Origin: Octopus vulgaris
Taxonomy: Eukaryota
DNA: 64,000 nucleotides
NCBI GenBank assembly: GCA_951406725.2
Contig: OX597823.1
Coordinates: 23,870,001-23,934,000 of the forward strand
Direction: 5' to 3'
Positions 12,101 through 25,700 of the stretch are shown here, one piece after another. How positions within the stretch are numbered: position 1 is the stretch's first letter; every line of letters begins with the position of its first letter. The notes below the pieces were generated by a model. That model did no database searches. It had not been told where the DNA came from and was given only the letters and a program-made list of their open reading frames with translations. The translations under genes were made by a program, and so were the position numbers.

Positions 12101-15100
12101 AGGGAAATGCAGGAAGACATGGGATGGAGTACTGATGGCTGACCTCAGGACACTGAATCTCATAAAAAAGATGACAGAGGACTGCAATGTTTAGCAATAT
12201 GTGGTTTTTAAGAAGACTTGCTTTTTGCTGTACAACTGATTTCGGGCTGCAATGGGTTTGTATTGTGTGTATGTGTGCGTATGTGTGTGTGCATGTGTAC
12301 AAAGGGGCATCTCACTTAGTTACCATCTCATTATCTTTTCCCTACATCTCTCTCAACAGACCTCTATTCCTTCTTAACCTGGTACAATTTTTCTTCCTTG
12401 CTACCCAAGAACATTTCACTTGTTAGTCATTCTCTATTCAGTAATATTTCTCTCTACATCCACGCATGACTCTCCTACCAAATTATCCTTTCTCATGCCC
12501 TAAATTTGTCTCGCCTTCTCCTTTAGCCTCCACAGCCATTTGTAATCACTTCTTTGCCCACAACCTGATGACTCTATCATCATCACTATCCTGTTGCTGC
12601 TTTCCCCTGCACACTTCTTACATCCCTCTTCTCTCCCTAACTCATGTACTATTGGCCATCTCCCATTCCCCTCACCCAGCACTATCCTTCATTACTACCT
12701 AATCTTTATAGAAGTACACCAAGAATCTGTACAATATAGATGTCAATACCCATAAACATTCAGATTCTTTAAATCATTTTTCACCATTTCATCTCATTTT
12801 TCTCTGGGTCGATCTCTTTCACATATTCACTCTGCATTTAAAAATCAGCACTTCTTCATGTATTCATCTTCATCTACATGCATCACATGACCATACCAAC
12901 ACTGTCCCCTCTCTTACACATGACATGTGATTCCTGTTATGAACATCCAGCAAAGCATATTGGCTTCATTTCTTTCAAACTGTCATGTTTCTCCAATCAC
13001 AGCCCACATTTCACTATCACATAGCATAGATGTTTGTACACAAACATCATACACTTTGCATTTCACTCTGAGGAAGTGTCTCTTTGTTACTAACAAAGAT
13101 AATAACTCTCTGAAGTTTGTGTAGCCAGTTCTAACTGTAGTGACTATGCTTTCAGAACATTCTCCATCATTACTAATTTGATCACCTAGGTAATAGAAAT
13201 TATCTGCTAGTTCTAAGGATCCCTCTTGACACAAAGGTTACTTGCACTATTGATCTTCTTGTGATTCTGTTGCTCCTCTTATGTGCCTATAGCTTCCACT
13301 GGGTACATTGTATGAAATTTCTACCTACTCTTTTTCTGCTTTCTTTCTGTCTAGTTCTTTGGTCTTTGCTAAATTAACTCAACGTTCCTTTGATTCCAGG
13401 TCTTCTTTCTACACTTGAAATTTCTTCTTTAATTCTACAATAAATTCTACTGTAAAAACAAGGTCATCAGCATAGAGGTTTTTCCATGTTATAGCCACTC
13501 ATCTACTTCTAACTTCTGCAGCGATCACCAGATGGCTTTCTCCATATCAACAAATACTAAGTGCAGTAGTTATTTTTCACTAAATTCCTCTTCTGCAGTT
13601 ACCTTAGTCAGAAAACAACATCAGTAGTGCTCCTCTCTGGTACAAAATCAAACTGTATTTCATCTAATTTAGCTCTCTTCCTTATGAATTGAGCTATGAG
13701 TCTTTCTGTAACTTTCATCACCTGGCCCAATAATATATGTGTATGTACACACATGTATGTATATCTGTCTGTCTGTCTGAAATGTTCAGCATCCTGAGGT
13801 CATCCTTCAGTTCTTCTTCCTATGTCTTTCTGGGTCCCCCTCTTCCACATGTTCCATCTACTTTGAGATATTGGTACTTGTTTATGGAGCCATCAGTATA
13901 CTAGACTCATTCCTCCCTAACCTTTGCATGTCCTCTGCATTCATGGCCCACATTATCTCTTCCATGTTGAATTGCTGTTTGTATACATGCATCATACAAT
14001 CTTTTTACTTAGAAAGAGAAACCTTTAGTAACCAATAGAGGTGAAAGCTCTCTGAATTTCCTCTGTCCTATACTTAGTCTAACTATTACACTCTCCTTGC
14101 TCCCCCCTACTAATTTGTTACCTTAAGTAGCAGAAATTATCTATTGCCTCCAAGGAACTCTCAGGACATTTCAGAGAATCAATTTCCTGAGGATTTATAG
14201 TTTTTTGGATCCTGTGCATCTTCAACATATGAACACTACTTTCTTTAATAACCTTCCTATTATTTCACTGCACCTGTTGTATGTCTGTAGTTTACACTAT
14301 GTACACTGTATGAAGTTCCTGTCTACACATTTCCTACAAAGCAAGCAGAGCCATCTACCAGAAGTGGGTGGGTTTCTTGCTTACAAAGACCTTAGTCTTT
14401 AATAAGTTAATCTTTAGGCCCTTAGATTCCAGGTTTTGTTTCCACACATGGAATTCCTCTTCTAGCTTTGATATGGAATCTACTATGAAGACAAGATCAT
14501 CAGTACCCAGTGGCTGCCAGTCTTGAATTTCTCTGTTATGGCCTGGATGATAATGATGAAAAGGAAGGGACTGAAGACAGAGAGTTGATGAACACATACA
14601 TGTACGCCAAATTCTTTGCTGTACTTATGGTTAATTTTCATGTTACTGACAGTATATCTGTACATAGGCTGTACAGCTTTCAAAAACCACTCATCTATCC
14701 CTGGCCTCCTCAGACCCACTATATCACACAGAGGTGTATTCTATTGAAGGCTTTCTCTAGAACAACAAAGCCAAGTCTTATTGTTTATTTTTAGCTAAGT
14801 ACTACTCTTTCAGTTGCCTGTCTATGAAAATTGTGTCAGTAGTGCTTCAGCTTGTGAAAGCAGTGCAGGCCATGTACAGGGGTGCTGCCAGTAAGGTAAG
14901 AGTTGGTGATGGGTACAGTGATGAATTTAGTATACAACATAGAGTCCACCAGTGGTTGTTCCTCAGCCCCTCCCATTAATCATCATCCTCCAGACCATAG
15001 CAGAATAATTTAAGACTGCAAGCTCATGGGAACTAGAGTATGCTGATGACCTTTGCCTCATTAAAGAATCTGTAACAAAGTTAGAAAAGACATTCCAGGT

Positions 15101-18100
15101 GTGTAAAGAAAATCTGGACTCAAATGGTCTTAAACTTAACTTAGTAAAGATCAAAGTCCTAATATGCAAGAAATCAAACAAGACCTTTTACCCCTACAGT
15201 AAATGGCTCTGCTCGATACGTAGGAAGGGTATTGGCAGCAATTTCATAGAGTGTACCCATTGCCAGCTATGAACACACTAGAGATGCAGTGGAATAGTAG
15301 GAAGATTAGTAGAGAAAGTAGGGTTTGTATGTGGAAGATGTACAGCAGCCATAAAGACCACAAATACAGAGACAACTGATGTTCTCAAATGTCTTGGTGG
15401 TTCTCAGGAAATTGTAGATAATTTTTTGCTACCGTGGTGTTCTAATTAGCACTGAAGGAGATTGTATAGTGAGTATAATTGCTTAAATAAGCATAGGATG
15501 GAAAAAGTTCAGAGGGTTTGTACCCCTGTTGGCAATGAAATGTCTCTCTCTCTCTAAGTAAACTGAAAATTGTATGATTAATCTGTGCAAACTGTGATGT
15601 TACATGACAGTGAGATATAAGGCCCTGAATGCAGAGGAAATGCAAAGGCTGGAGATTTATGAACCTGGTATGCTTCGCTGGATGTGCGGTATCAGTGTGC
15701 ATGTGTGTCAGAGCCCTGGTGAACTGACAGGGAAGTTGGGAAGATGAGGAACTCTATGTAGTGTGCAAGAGAGAAGACTTGTTTGGTCATGTGCTGCAGA
15801 TAGATGAGGATACTTACATAAAGAAGTGTTGGTCACTTCATGTGGGGGTACATTGTTGAAGTGGGAGTCCCAGGAAGACATAGGACAATGTATTTAAGGC
15901 CAATCTCAAAACTCTAAGTCTTATGTAGGAGGTGACAGAGAGCTGAGATATTTGGCCTATTGTTATGCTCAAGAACACCTGCCTATCACAACAGAATTGA
16001 GCTCCTAAAATCAAGGTGCCATGTAAAAAGCATTGGTGATGGTGCCATGTAAAAAGCACCCAGTATGCTCTGCAAAGTAGTTGGTGTTAGGAATAGCATC
16101 CAGTCTTAAAAGCCTAACCAAAAAGAGACTATGGAACCTTGTGTAGCTAATGGCCTTGCCTGTTCCTGTCAACCCATTCAGAGCCTAAGTCAGTGAGGGA
16201 CCTAGGTATCGACATGAGTGATGATACCTCTTTCCAAGTGCACATTACCAGGATGGCGACAAAGTGCAGATGACTGGCTGGATCCTAAGAACATTCAGAA
16301 CCATAGATAAGGGAATCATGATGGTCCTCTGGAGGACATTCATCATTAACTGCCAGGATTACTGCTCACAGCTATGGTCACCCACCAGTGTAAAATGAAC
16401 AGCAGACCTTGAAGCAATCCAGAGAAGATTCACAAGAAGATTGTCTCTTTGCAACAGTTCAGCTACTGGGAAATGTTGAAACAGCTAAGACTCTACTCCC
16501 CGGAGAGAATACGGGAGAGGTATGCAGTAATATATATCTGGAAGATCCTGGAAGGAATTGTGCCAAATTTTGGCATTGAAAACTACACCAATGCCAGAAC
16601 AGGATGACACTGCATAGTGCCAAAAATCCCAGCAATGCCATCACGCTTGAGGACCAGTTACTGCAACAGCCTGGGTTTCAAGGGCCCACAGGTTTTTAAT
16701 ATTCTCTCAAAGAGTCTGAAGAACTTGTACAAAGTAGATGTAGGGTTTTTTATATCAAAGCTGGACCTCTTCCTGCTGAGAGCAATAATTTAGGTGGCTC
16801 AAAACAAATGTCGTCCATAGAGTCAACATGACTTTTGGATTCCTTGTTCTGAATGTCCTCAGTATTCACCCTGCCAGTTGTCTGCACTTTGCTGTCAACT
16901 TGACAATGTGCATGTGAAATGATACATCACTACACATGCTGATGCCTAGGTCTCTCACTGTTTGTGGTTCTGGGATTGCAGTACCTCCAGGTCCTGTGTA
17001 TACCAATTGGGGGGGCACTTGTGGCCTTGTAGCCCAGTACTTGAAATTTTTAGCATTGAACTGCATATTATTTTGCTCTGCCGACTTGTTTATTGCATTT
17101 AGGTCATTCTGCAATGGTGCATAACTCCACAATGCTTGTATCGGTTGTCATGTATGTATATGTGTGTGTTTGTGTCTGTATATATTTCATCATCGTTCTT
17201 TAACAGTTGTAATTAATGTGTTATTTAGTATTGAAATTTTTAAATGCTTTCTTGTATATATGAGAACATTTCAATTTAAATGTTATGAAATACATTTCCT
17301 CAAGACAAAAATCACATTTAAAATTCCTAGTATTGTACAATGGTGCATAACTAATAATGGACCACTTTAAATTTTAGTTAATTTTCCTGTCTTTTAAATC
17401 TCAAATGCATTTGCTAATATTTATAGAATTAATAACATTTGAAATATTTCTTCTAAACTTGAATGAGGAAGAATTATTATGCAATCTAGATTTCCAAATT
17501 GTAGCATATGGATATTGGCAATAATATGTAGAATCCCCTCTTATGACCTTTCATTTCTACACTATATTCTTCCTTGGACACTGATTTTATAAAGGGCAGA
17601 TAATTTTGTTTTTGAAATTACAAAAGCATTCTCTTGCATGTGGTACTCATAGTCAAGAGAATTAGTACTAATCCTCCTCTTGGAAGTATGTATTAAAATG
17701 GTATTATTATCAGTATTATAATCATAATAGATAGTAATAATATTAATTGCTTTTCATGTAATCTAATATGCATAATTTAAAACAAATTTTTTTACCATAT
17801 TTAATAAATAGATAACCAATTGTTGTGACATAAAATTTCAATGTTTGTAATTGTTGTGACATAGAACCCCTATGTTTATTTGTTATCATGAACTAGAAGG
17901 AATGCCAGGGTAATAAACATTATAAACCACATATACTTAACATATATGCTTCATGTATTTGCTGGTAGGTTGCTATTTAGTGTGGTGAAGAATACTCTCT
18001 CAAAGCACTGGGTGTTAAAACACCTGAAAGTCATGGCCAGGTGAGACAGAGTACAACTCTTCTCCAATCTCATCTAGGAGTGATGGGTATTAACAATTTC

Positions 18101-21100
18101 ACCACTTTTGTGGTTTGTCAACATCATGTCCCTTCAGGTTGATGGCCCTGCTCGATCTGTAGAAAGGGTGTAGGTAGATACTCTATAAAATGTACCCAAG
18201 TGTAAGCTACGGACACATAAGAGGTGCAGCAATATCAAAGGAAGACTAACTGGGAAGATAGTTTTTGTATGTGGCAGATGCTCAGGAGCATAAACACTAA
18301 GTATTTGTGGTTAGTAATGTTTATTATGCTAGCACTGCTATTTCTTATTTGATTTCATTCTTACATATGCATTGTTTGGACATACTCACTCATGGTTTGC
18401 ATGCTATGTGCATATAAGTCATGACCTATGAAATGATTCATTTCCAATTATGTTCAGGTGGATGATATTAAGAAGACATTGATGTCCATCACTCCTAGAC
18501 AAGATTAGAGATGAGTTGTCTCTTCTGTCCATGACTTTCAGGTGTTGTAACACCTCTTGGGTTAAGAGAGAATTCTTCACCATGCCAAATGTCTGCCTAC
18601 CAGCAAATACATGGTGCATGTGTAGGTTATGTCATGTTTCTGTGGAAGACATCATGCATGTGATTAGCAGCTGCCTTACAATGTCATCGTAGTATTCCCT
18701 CTGTATTCAGCATGATGTTGTTGCAAAAACAATTTACAATGTCATCTACAAAAAAGACTGTCCTGAAATAAGCTTTGAAAATCCATCTGTTATGGAATAC
18801 ACTCAGAAACACCAACTCAAGGAATACTGGTGGAATATTCCCATCAAAACTTCTATCAAGCCAGATAGAGGAGACAGAGGAGAAAAGGTATGTACCATTA
18901 TAGAGGTCAGTTGCCCTGCAGATATTAACATCTCTTTGAAAATCAAAGAAAAAAAGTATGTCTATGTACAACTGCTTCGAAACCTCCAGCTTCTACATGC
19001 AGACTATGAATTCATATTCATATCAATAATAATTTTAGCACTAGGTTTTGTTAGTAAATGCTTAAAGGAGAATGTGGATGAACAGGGATTTTCAGATGAA
19101 GAAATTGACCAGCTGACATTACAAATGCAATCTGTGAGTTGAACAGTAAAAGTATGCAAGACTCTTCTAAAGTTCCAAATGTGAATTTTTCTGTGTACTG
19201 ACTCAACATACTGCACACATACATGCATACATGCAAAAATACCCTATTGATGTTGAAATTCTAATGAAGGAGTGCTGTTTCTAGTTTAGAAACTGGCTCT
19301 TTCTTTATTGGCAAGAAATCTTTGAAAATAACTGAATAATACATATACACACACACTTATGTGCATGTTTTTTATCTTTGTGCAAATTTCTTCCATTTGT
19401 TTCACTCTATATATTTCATTGTAACATTCTCATATCCTAATTTTCACCTTCCTCCCATCATACATGCAGCATCTATATATGTTTCTGTTATCATTTCCAG
19501 TTTTCTCAAATATTAACTGTGGATCTCCAAAAGATGTTGCTGGTGCATTCAAGTTGTACAATAGCACCACCTATCAATCTGAAGTGATCTATACTTGCTC
19601 AGATGGAGAACAACTAAAGTCAGAATGTGAAAAGGACAATAAATGGACTCCTGTAGCATCTGTTTGTAATGGTAACGTAAATAGTTTCTCTCTTGTCATT
19701 GTCTGTGTAATTTTGTGTGTTAAATGGATTTGTCAGAGAAAGTCTGGTTGATTCCATGACAATTTCCACTGTGTTTGTGGCATGTGGGAGGAAGAGAGGA
19801 ATCTAGTAGTGTCAGCCCACAAGTCCTTCCCAAATGCTTGCAACAGGGTGGACATGAGTAATTGTACCCAAGGGCCAGGAATTAAATTAGGTGATGGAGT
19901 AAAGTCTGCCAACCAAACAGTGGAAATGTGGAAGCTTGTTCCCAACAGTAGGGTTCTACATTGATTCCATCTACCAACTTTTCTTTAGCTGTGAAGCATA
20001 TTTTTAAGCACATGACCTATTCCCTCTTCTACCATCCTCCATCCCACCTTTCGTTCTCCCTCACATATCCACCTAACTACCTGCATGCAAACTGCTTCCT
20101 TCATATACCAGCCATTTCTAGCTCCCACTGTGTTTTCAAAATCTTGTGACTCACCCACCTTGCTGCCCTCTCCAATCCCCAATCCATTTCACTATAAACA
20201 CCACCCTGTAACTTGGGTGTACAACTCCTACTTCCCTCTCTCATATTTTCATTGTCTTTTTCTCTGTTTTCTCTCCTTCATCAGAGGAAGACATGTCTCT
20301 TTTCTAATGCAAGATCCACTTATTTGGTGGCCTCACTCAGCCGGTGCCATGCATAAATCATCCAGTACACTCTATAAAGTGGTTGACATTAGCAAGATCA
20401 TCCAGCCACAGAAACCATGCCACAACAGACAGAAGAACTTGGTGCAGTCTTCTGATTTGCCTGTTTCTATTAGACTGTCCTATACATACCAGCATAGAAA
20501 CTAGATACTAAATGATGATGATCCTGATGATAATGACCATGATTCCACTCAGTACCACAGGCTTGTGAAGTAAACTTCTTGCTCTTAAAGTTACACCTGA
20601 ATATTTCTATGCAGATCTTCACTAAATTTCTAACATGGCGTTTTCCACTTGTACCATGTATCATTATCCAAAACCCTGTGCAATATTATGCAATATAATG
20701 AGTCATTATCGTCATCATCATCATCATCACCGATTAACGTCTGTTTTCCATGCTGGCATGGGTTGGACGGTTTGACTGAGGTCTGGAGATCTAGTGGCTG
20801 CACCAGGCTCCGAACTGAACTGGCAGAGTTTCTACAGCTGGATGCCATTTCTAACGGCAACCAATCCAAGATTGTAGTGGGTGCTTTTTATGTGCCACCA
20901 GCACAAGAGTCAGTAAAGTAGGCCTGGCAGCAGTCACGTTGGGATGGTGCTTTTTATGTGTCACCAGCACAGGTGCCAGTCAGTGGGTACTGGCGTCGGT
21001 CACGATCAGTTGGTGCTTTTTATGTGCCACCAGCACGGGCCAGTCAGTGGGTACTGGCATCGACTGTATTCGGATGATGCCTTTTATGTGCAATTGGCAT

Positions 21101-22672
21101 AGGAGCCAGCCAGGGGGCACCGACCCCAGCTATGATATTGGTTTTACTTGTTTCAACAGGTCTTCTCAAGCATATCATATCACCCAACGCATCAGGTTAT
21201 TTTTAGCAGGGCTGGACGTGTGTGGCTACCATCTCACTTTAGTTGCCAGGTCTTCTCAATCACAACATATCTCCAAAGGTCCCAGTCTCCTGTCATTGCC
21301 TCTGTGAGGTCCAATGTTCGAAGGTCATTCTTCACCACTGCATCACATGTCTTCCTGTGTCTACCTCTTTTACAGGTTCTTTCCACAGTTAGGGAGTGGC
21401 ACTTCCTCACGCAGCTGTTTTCATTCATATGTAATACGTGGCCATACCAGTGCAGTCACCTCACTTGCACACCACTTTTGATGCTTCTTATGCCCAACTT
21501 TTCTCTCAGGACACTTACACTCTGTCGTGTATGCACAGACATTACACATCCAGTGGATCATACTAGCTTCATTTCTTTCAAGCCTACGCATGTCCTCAGC
21601 ATTCATGGCCCATGTTTCACTGCTGTGTAGCATGGCAATTCACACACTTGCATCATACAGTCTACCTTTCACCCTGAGTAGGAGGCCTTTAGTTGCCAGC
21701 AGAGGTAGGAGCTCCCTGAACTTTGGCCAAGCTATTCTTATCCTAGTTGCTACACTTTCAGAGCAACCATCCCCACTACAGATTTGGATGCCTAGGTAGC
21801 AGAAGCTATTAACTACTTCTAGTTTCTTCCCCTGGCATGTGATGGAATCTGTTTTCTGTACTTCTTCAATGTTTACTGCCCCTGTGCATTTACCACATGC
21901 AAAAAGTAGTTTCCTGGCTAATCTTTCTTTGATATTGCTGCACCTTTTACATGTCTATAGCTTACACCAGTTACATTGTATGGAGTTTCTGCCCATGCCT
22001 TTTCTACTGTTTGAACAGGGCCATCTACCTGAAGTGGGGTTGTGATTTGACAGCCTTACTACTTTTGGCTTTGGCTAGGGTAACCCTAAGGTCCTTCAAT
22101 TCTAGACCTTGCTTCCACACCCTAAAGTTTTTCTACAATCCTGGCAGTGACACGGCTATTAGAGCAAGGTCATTAGCACAGAGGAGCTCCCAGGGGCAGC
22201 TGGTCTTAAATTCCTCTGTTATTTTCTGGAGGACTATAATGAATAAGAGGGGGCTTAGGACTGATCTTTGGTGAACCCCTAATTCTACTTGGAATTCTTC
22301 CCTTTGCTCATTGTCAACTCTCACCTTACTGACTATGTCCCTGTACAGAGCTTTTACAGCTCTTACGAGCCACTCAATTATTCCCAGTTTCCACATTGAC
22401 CACCAGATAAGGGATCAGGGGTTCCTGTTAAAAGCTTTCTCCAAGTCAACAAATGCCAAATACAAAGGTTTATATATATGTATATAGATGATAAACACAA
22501 GTTTATAAACTTGTGGCATCATATTTTCTCCTACATTTCTGCTGTTTATCAAACCTAGTAATACTACTCAGTATAGTCATTGCTTAACGACTATACAGGA
22601 TACAGGTTGTACAGTGATAATCTACTGGAAACACTAAACTTTATAATTGCTGTCATCTGTTTTTTACACACA

Positions 22673-22708
<36 letters not shown>

Positions 22709-25700
22709 TGTGCTGATGGCATGTAAAAAGCACCATCCGAATGTGGTCGATGCCAGGTCCGCCTAACTGGCCCCTGTGCCAGTAGCTTGTAAAAAGCACC
22801 AACCAGTCGTGACTGATGCCAGTACCCCGTGACTGGCTCCTGTGCTGGTGGAACTCAGAATGTACCATCCGAACATGTTTGTTTCCATGCCTGCCTTATT
22901 GGCTCCAGTGCTGGGGACATGTCAAAAGCTCCAACCAATCATGACTGACGCCAGTACACTCTTATTGATTGCTGTGCCGGTGGCTCATAAAAAGTACCAT
23001 CCCAACATGATCATGGCCAGGTCTGCCTTACTGGCACATAAAAAGCACCCACTACTCTCTCGGAGTGGTTGGCATTAGGAAGGGCATTCAGCTGTAGAAA
23101 CTCTGCCTGACCAGTTTGGAGCCTGGTGCAGCCACTGGCTCTCCAGACCTCAAACCATCCAAGCCATGCCAGCATGGAAAACGGACATTAATCAATGCGG
23201 ATGATGATAATATACGTATATACTAGCCCAGTGATGCAAACAGGATAATTGCACTCAAAACATGTATATTTAACAAAATATCTTTTATGAAGATAATGCT
23301 ATAAAAATTTCATACCTACGTACACATGCATGTATGTATGTGTGTATATTTCTATAAGTATATGCATGTTCATCCATGCATCTTTTCTCTCCACTTTTCC
23401 TAGGAAGGTCATGTAGTGGAATCTACAGGTATCTCCTCCAGATTTTTCTATTAGAAGCAATTGTAATTAGATATTCTGACTAGATTCCCAAGCATAACTG
23501 ACTTAAACTATGGATATTATCAAACCATCACATTCTCAATCAGCCTGTTCACCTGTTAGTGACTCAGCTTAAAGAATCCATCGTGTGAGTCTTTCTTGTG
23601 ACATTCTAATCAAATGTCTGTAATATCAGAGCTTGTGATCACTCAATGTGCAGAAGTAGCACCTCAACCTGGAGAGACTACCTCATCTTTGAGTTATATA
23701 AACTGTTAATTAATGTTACTCTAAAAATCCTTTGGTGGAAAACCATTTCATCTGCTTGACTTCATAATGGTATCCTTTTATTCATTACCCAACATTCATG
23801 ACCACACGTGAGGATAGTCATGATGCTCAAATTAAAGACAAGTCTGGTTCTTAGAGTAACCTCTTCTCTTCTGCAGATTGAATGCAGTAGCTAGTATATT
23901 ACCATGCCGACTCCTGCAATTTTTACATCTAATTTTGCCATCTGCTTCTTACACTCATGGATATGGATCTGAAATGCTGAAACTTATCCAGTTGACTTCA
24001 ACTTCAACTCAAAGTGAATTGGGAAGACTCTCTTGACAGGATCATTGTCTTAGTCTGTGCTACACCAATTTTACTCCTCTGATGCAGTAGTTAGCACTGA
24101 ACTCAATCAGTGCATGCTGGTGATTGCCTTCTTATGGGTGAAAGAAGACAATGTCATCTACAAATATCAGCCAACCAATCCTAAACCCACTGGTTTTAAT
24201 ATCAATTTCACAATGGCCTTGCCACATTTGAGTGCTTTAATCACCTCTAGGACTTTGGCTTCTGGAAGCTTAGATTGCACTTGTAGATACATCTTTTGTC
24301 TACCTTTTGCTATGAAGTCAGTGAATGTTTTACTAGAATACTTTATTGGTCAATTTAAAGTCAGAGTCCAGCTTAACCTCAATCTTCCCATAATTTAGCC
24401 TTTAGCAGGTTTACTCTTTCTGTTGCATCTCAGTGCAACATATATTCAAAATGAGAGACTCATTTCCAATGCACACACTATAAGCCTTTTTGTATGGCAT
24501 CTTTGTATTCCTGGTTAAATCAGGGAGTTATTTTACCTCTCAGTGCCACACTAAGTTGCTTTCCTTTACAACATTGTTGAAACTGTTGTGCAAAACATTC
24601 TTCATTCTATTTATTTATCCCCAGTTTATTTAGAAAGGTCTCTGAATTTGGATTCAGTAGTGTCTATATATTTGTTTCTGATCCCATCATTCAGCAGACA
24701 TTCCCACTTTATTCTGTAATTTAACTGATCTTACCAGTTTTGTGAGTTGCAGACAACTAGGTGGTGATCAGTTGATTGCATAGACCATCTTTTCACATAA
24801 ATATCCCATCATGGAAACAAAGAGATCCAAGATAATAGCAAGATCTATCAGTGACCTCTGTCCCATTTGTAGCAAGTCATAAAAGGTGACAATATGACGT
24901 AATGGTTGTTTGCCCAAACAAGCATAATTGTTGGTATCCCATTGGTTAAAATTACTGCCCATATACGAAATCTAAACTTTCATCAAAGAAATGTTTCGTG
25001 AAATATGGTTCTTAGAATTCGGATATAAACAGTTATAAAAACCCTGATTTTTGGGAAATTACTCAGTGTTCGTAGGATTGTTACTTAACTCCACGACACT
25101 CATTACAGTGTTCATAGGATTGTTACTAAACTCTACGATACTCACAACAGTGTTTGTAGGATTGTTATTAAACACCACAACACTCACTCATTGAGAAATT
25201 GGCTATTTTTTTATGCCATGTCTATGACAAAAATCCAACAAGACATTTGAATTGTTGTGAACTCTAGTAGTTAGTATGAAAGATTAGCTCGTGTGAATTT
25301 TAAGTCGTAATTCTCTACGACAAAATGACTTTACTTTCTAATTGTACTATAAATGCTAAATGCACATAAATAAAATAATGTAGCAATTATTTTCTCTTTC
25401 TTCACATTCTTCAACTCGTTAATGAAATTTATTTCTGCAGTTATGAAACTGTATTTTTTATAGTGGTTAAAAGAACATGAATTTGTTTATCTTCAACATA
25501 CATGCATGCATAAAATGCCCGTTAGTGTTTCAGAGTAAATATTTCTCGCTATGGTGTTTACGTTGCTGGAGTCAGGATTTATGTATAATGATAAAACTTA
25601 TAAGTAAGTTATAAGTGATGGGTTTATCAATATATATTCCTACTTCAAATGTAAAATATATTTATCTATTTCCAAATAGGAAACATATAAAAGTAGTGTT

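Noticed and set aside
25064-25189. Regularly spaced repeats resembling a CRISPR array
   Set aside because: Head-to-tail 42-bp units without unique spacers, in eukaryotic context with no cas genes.
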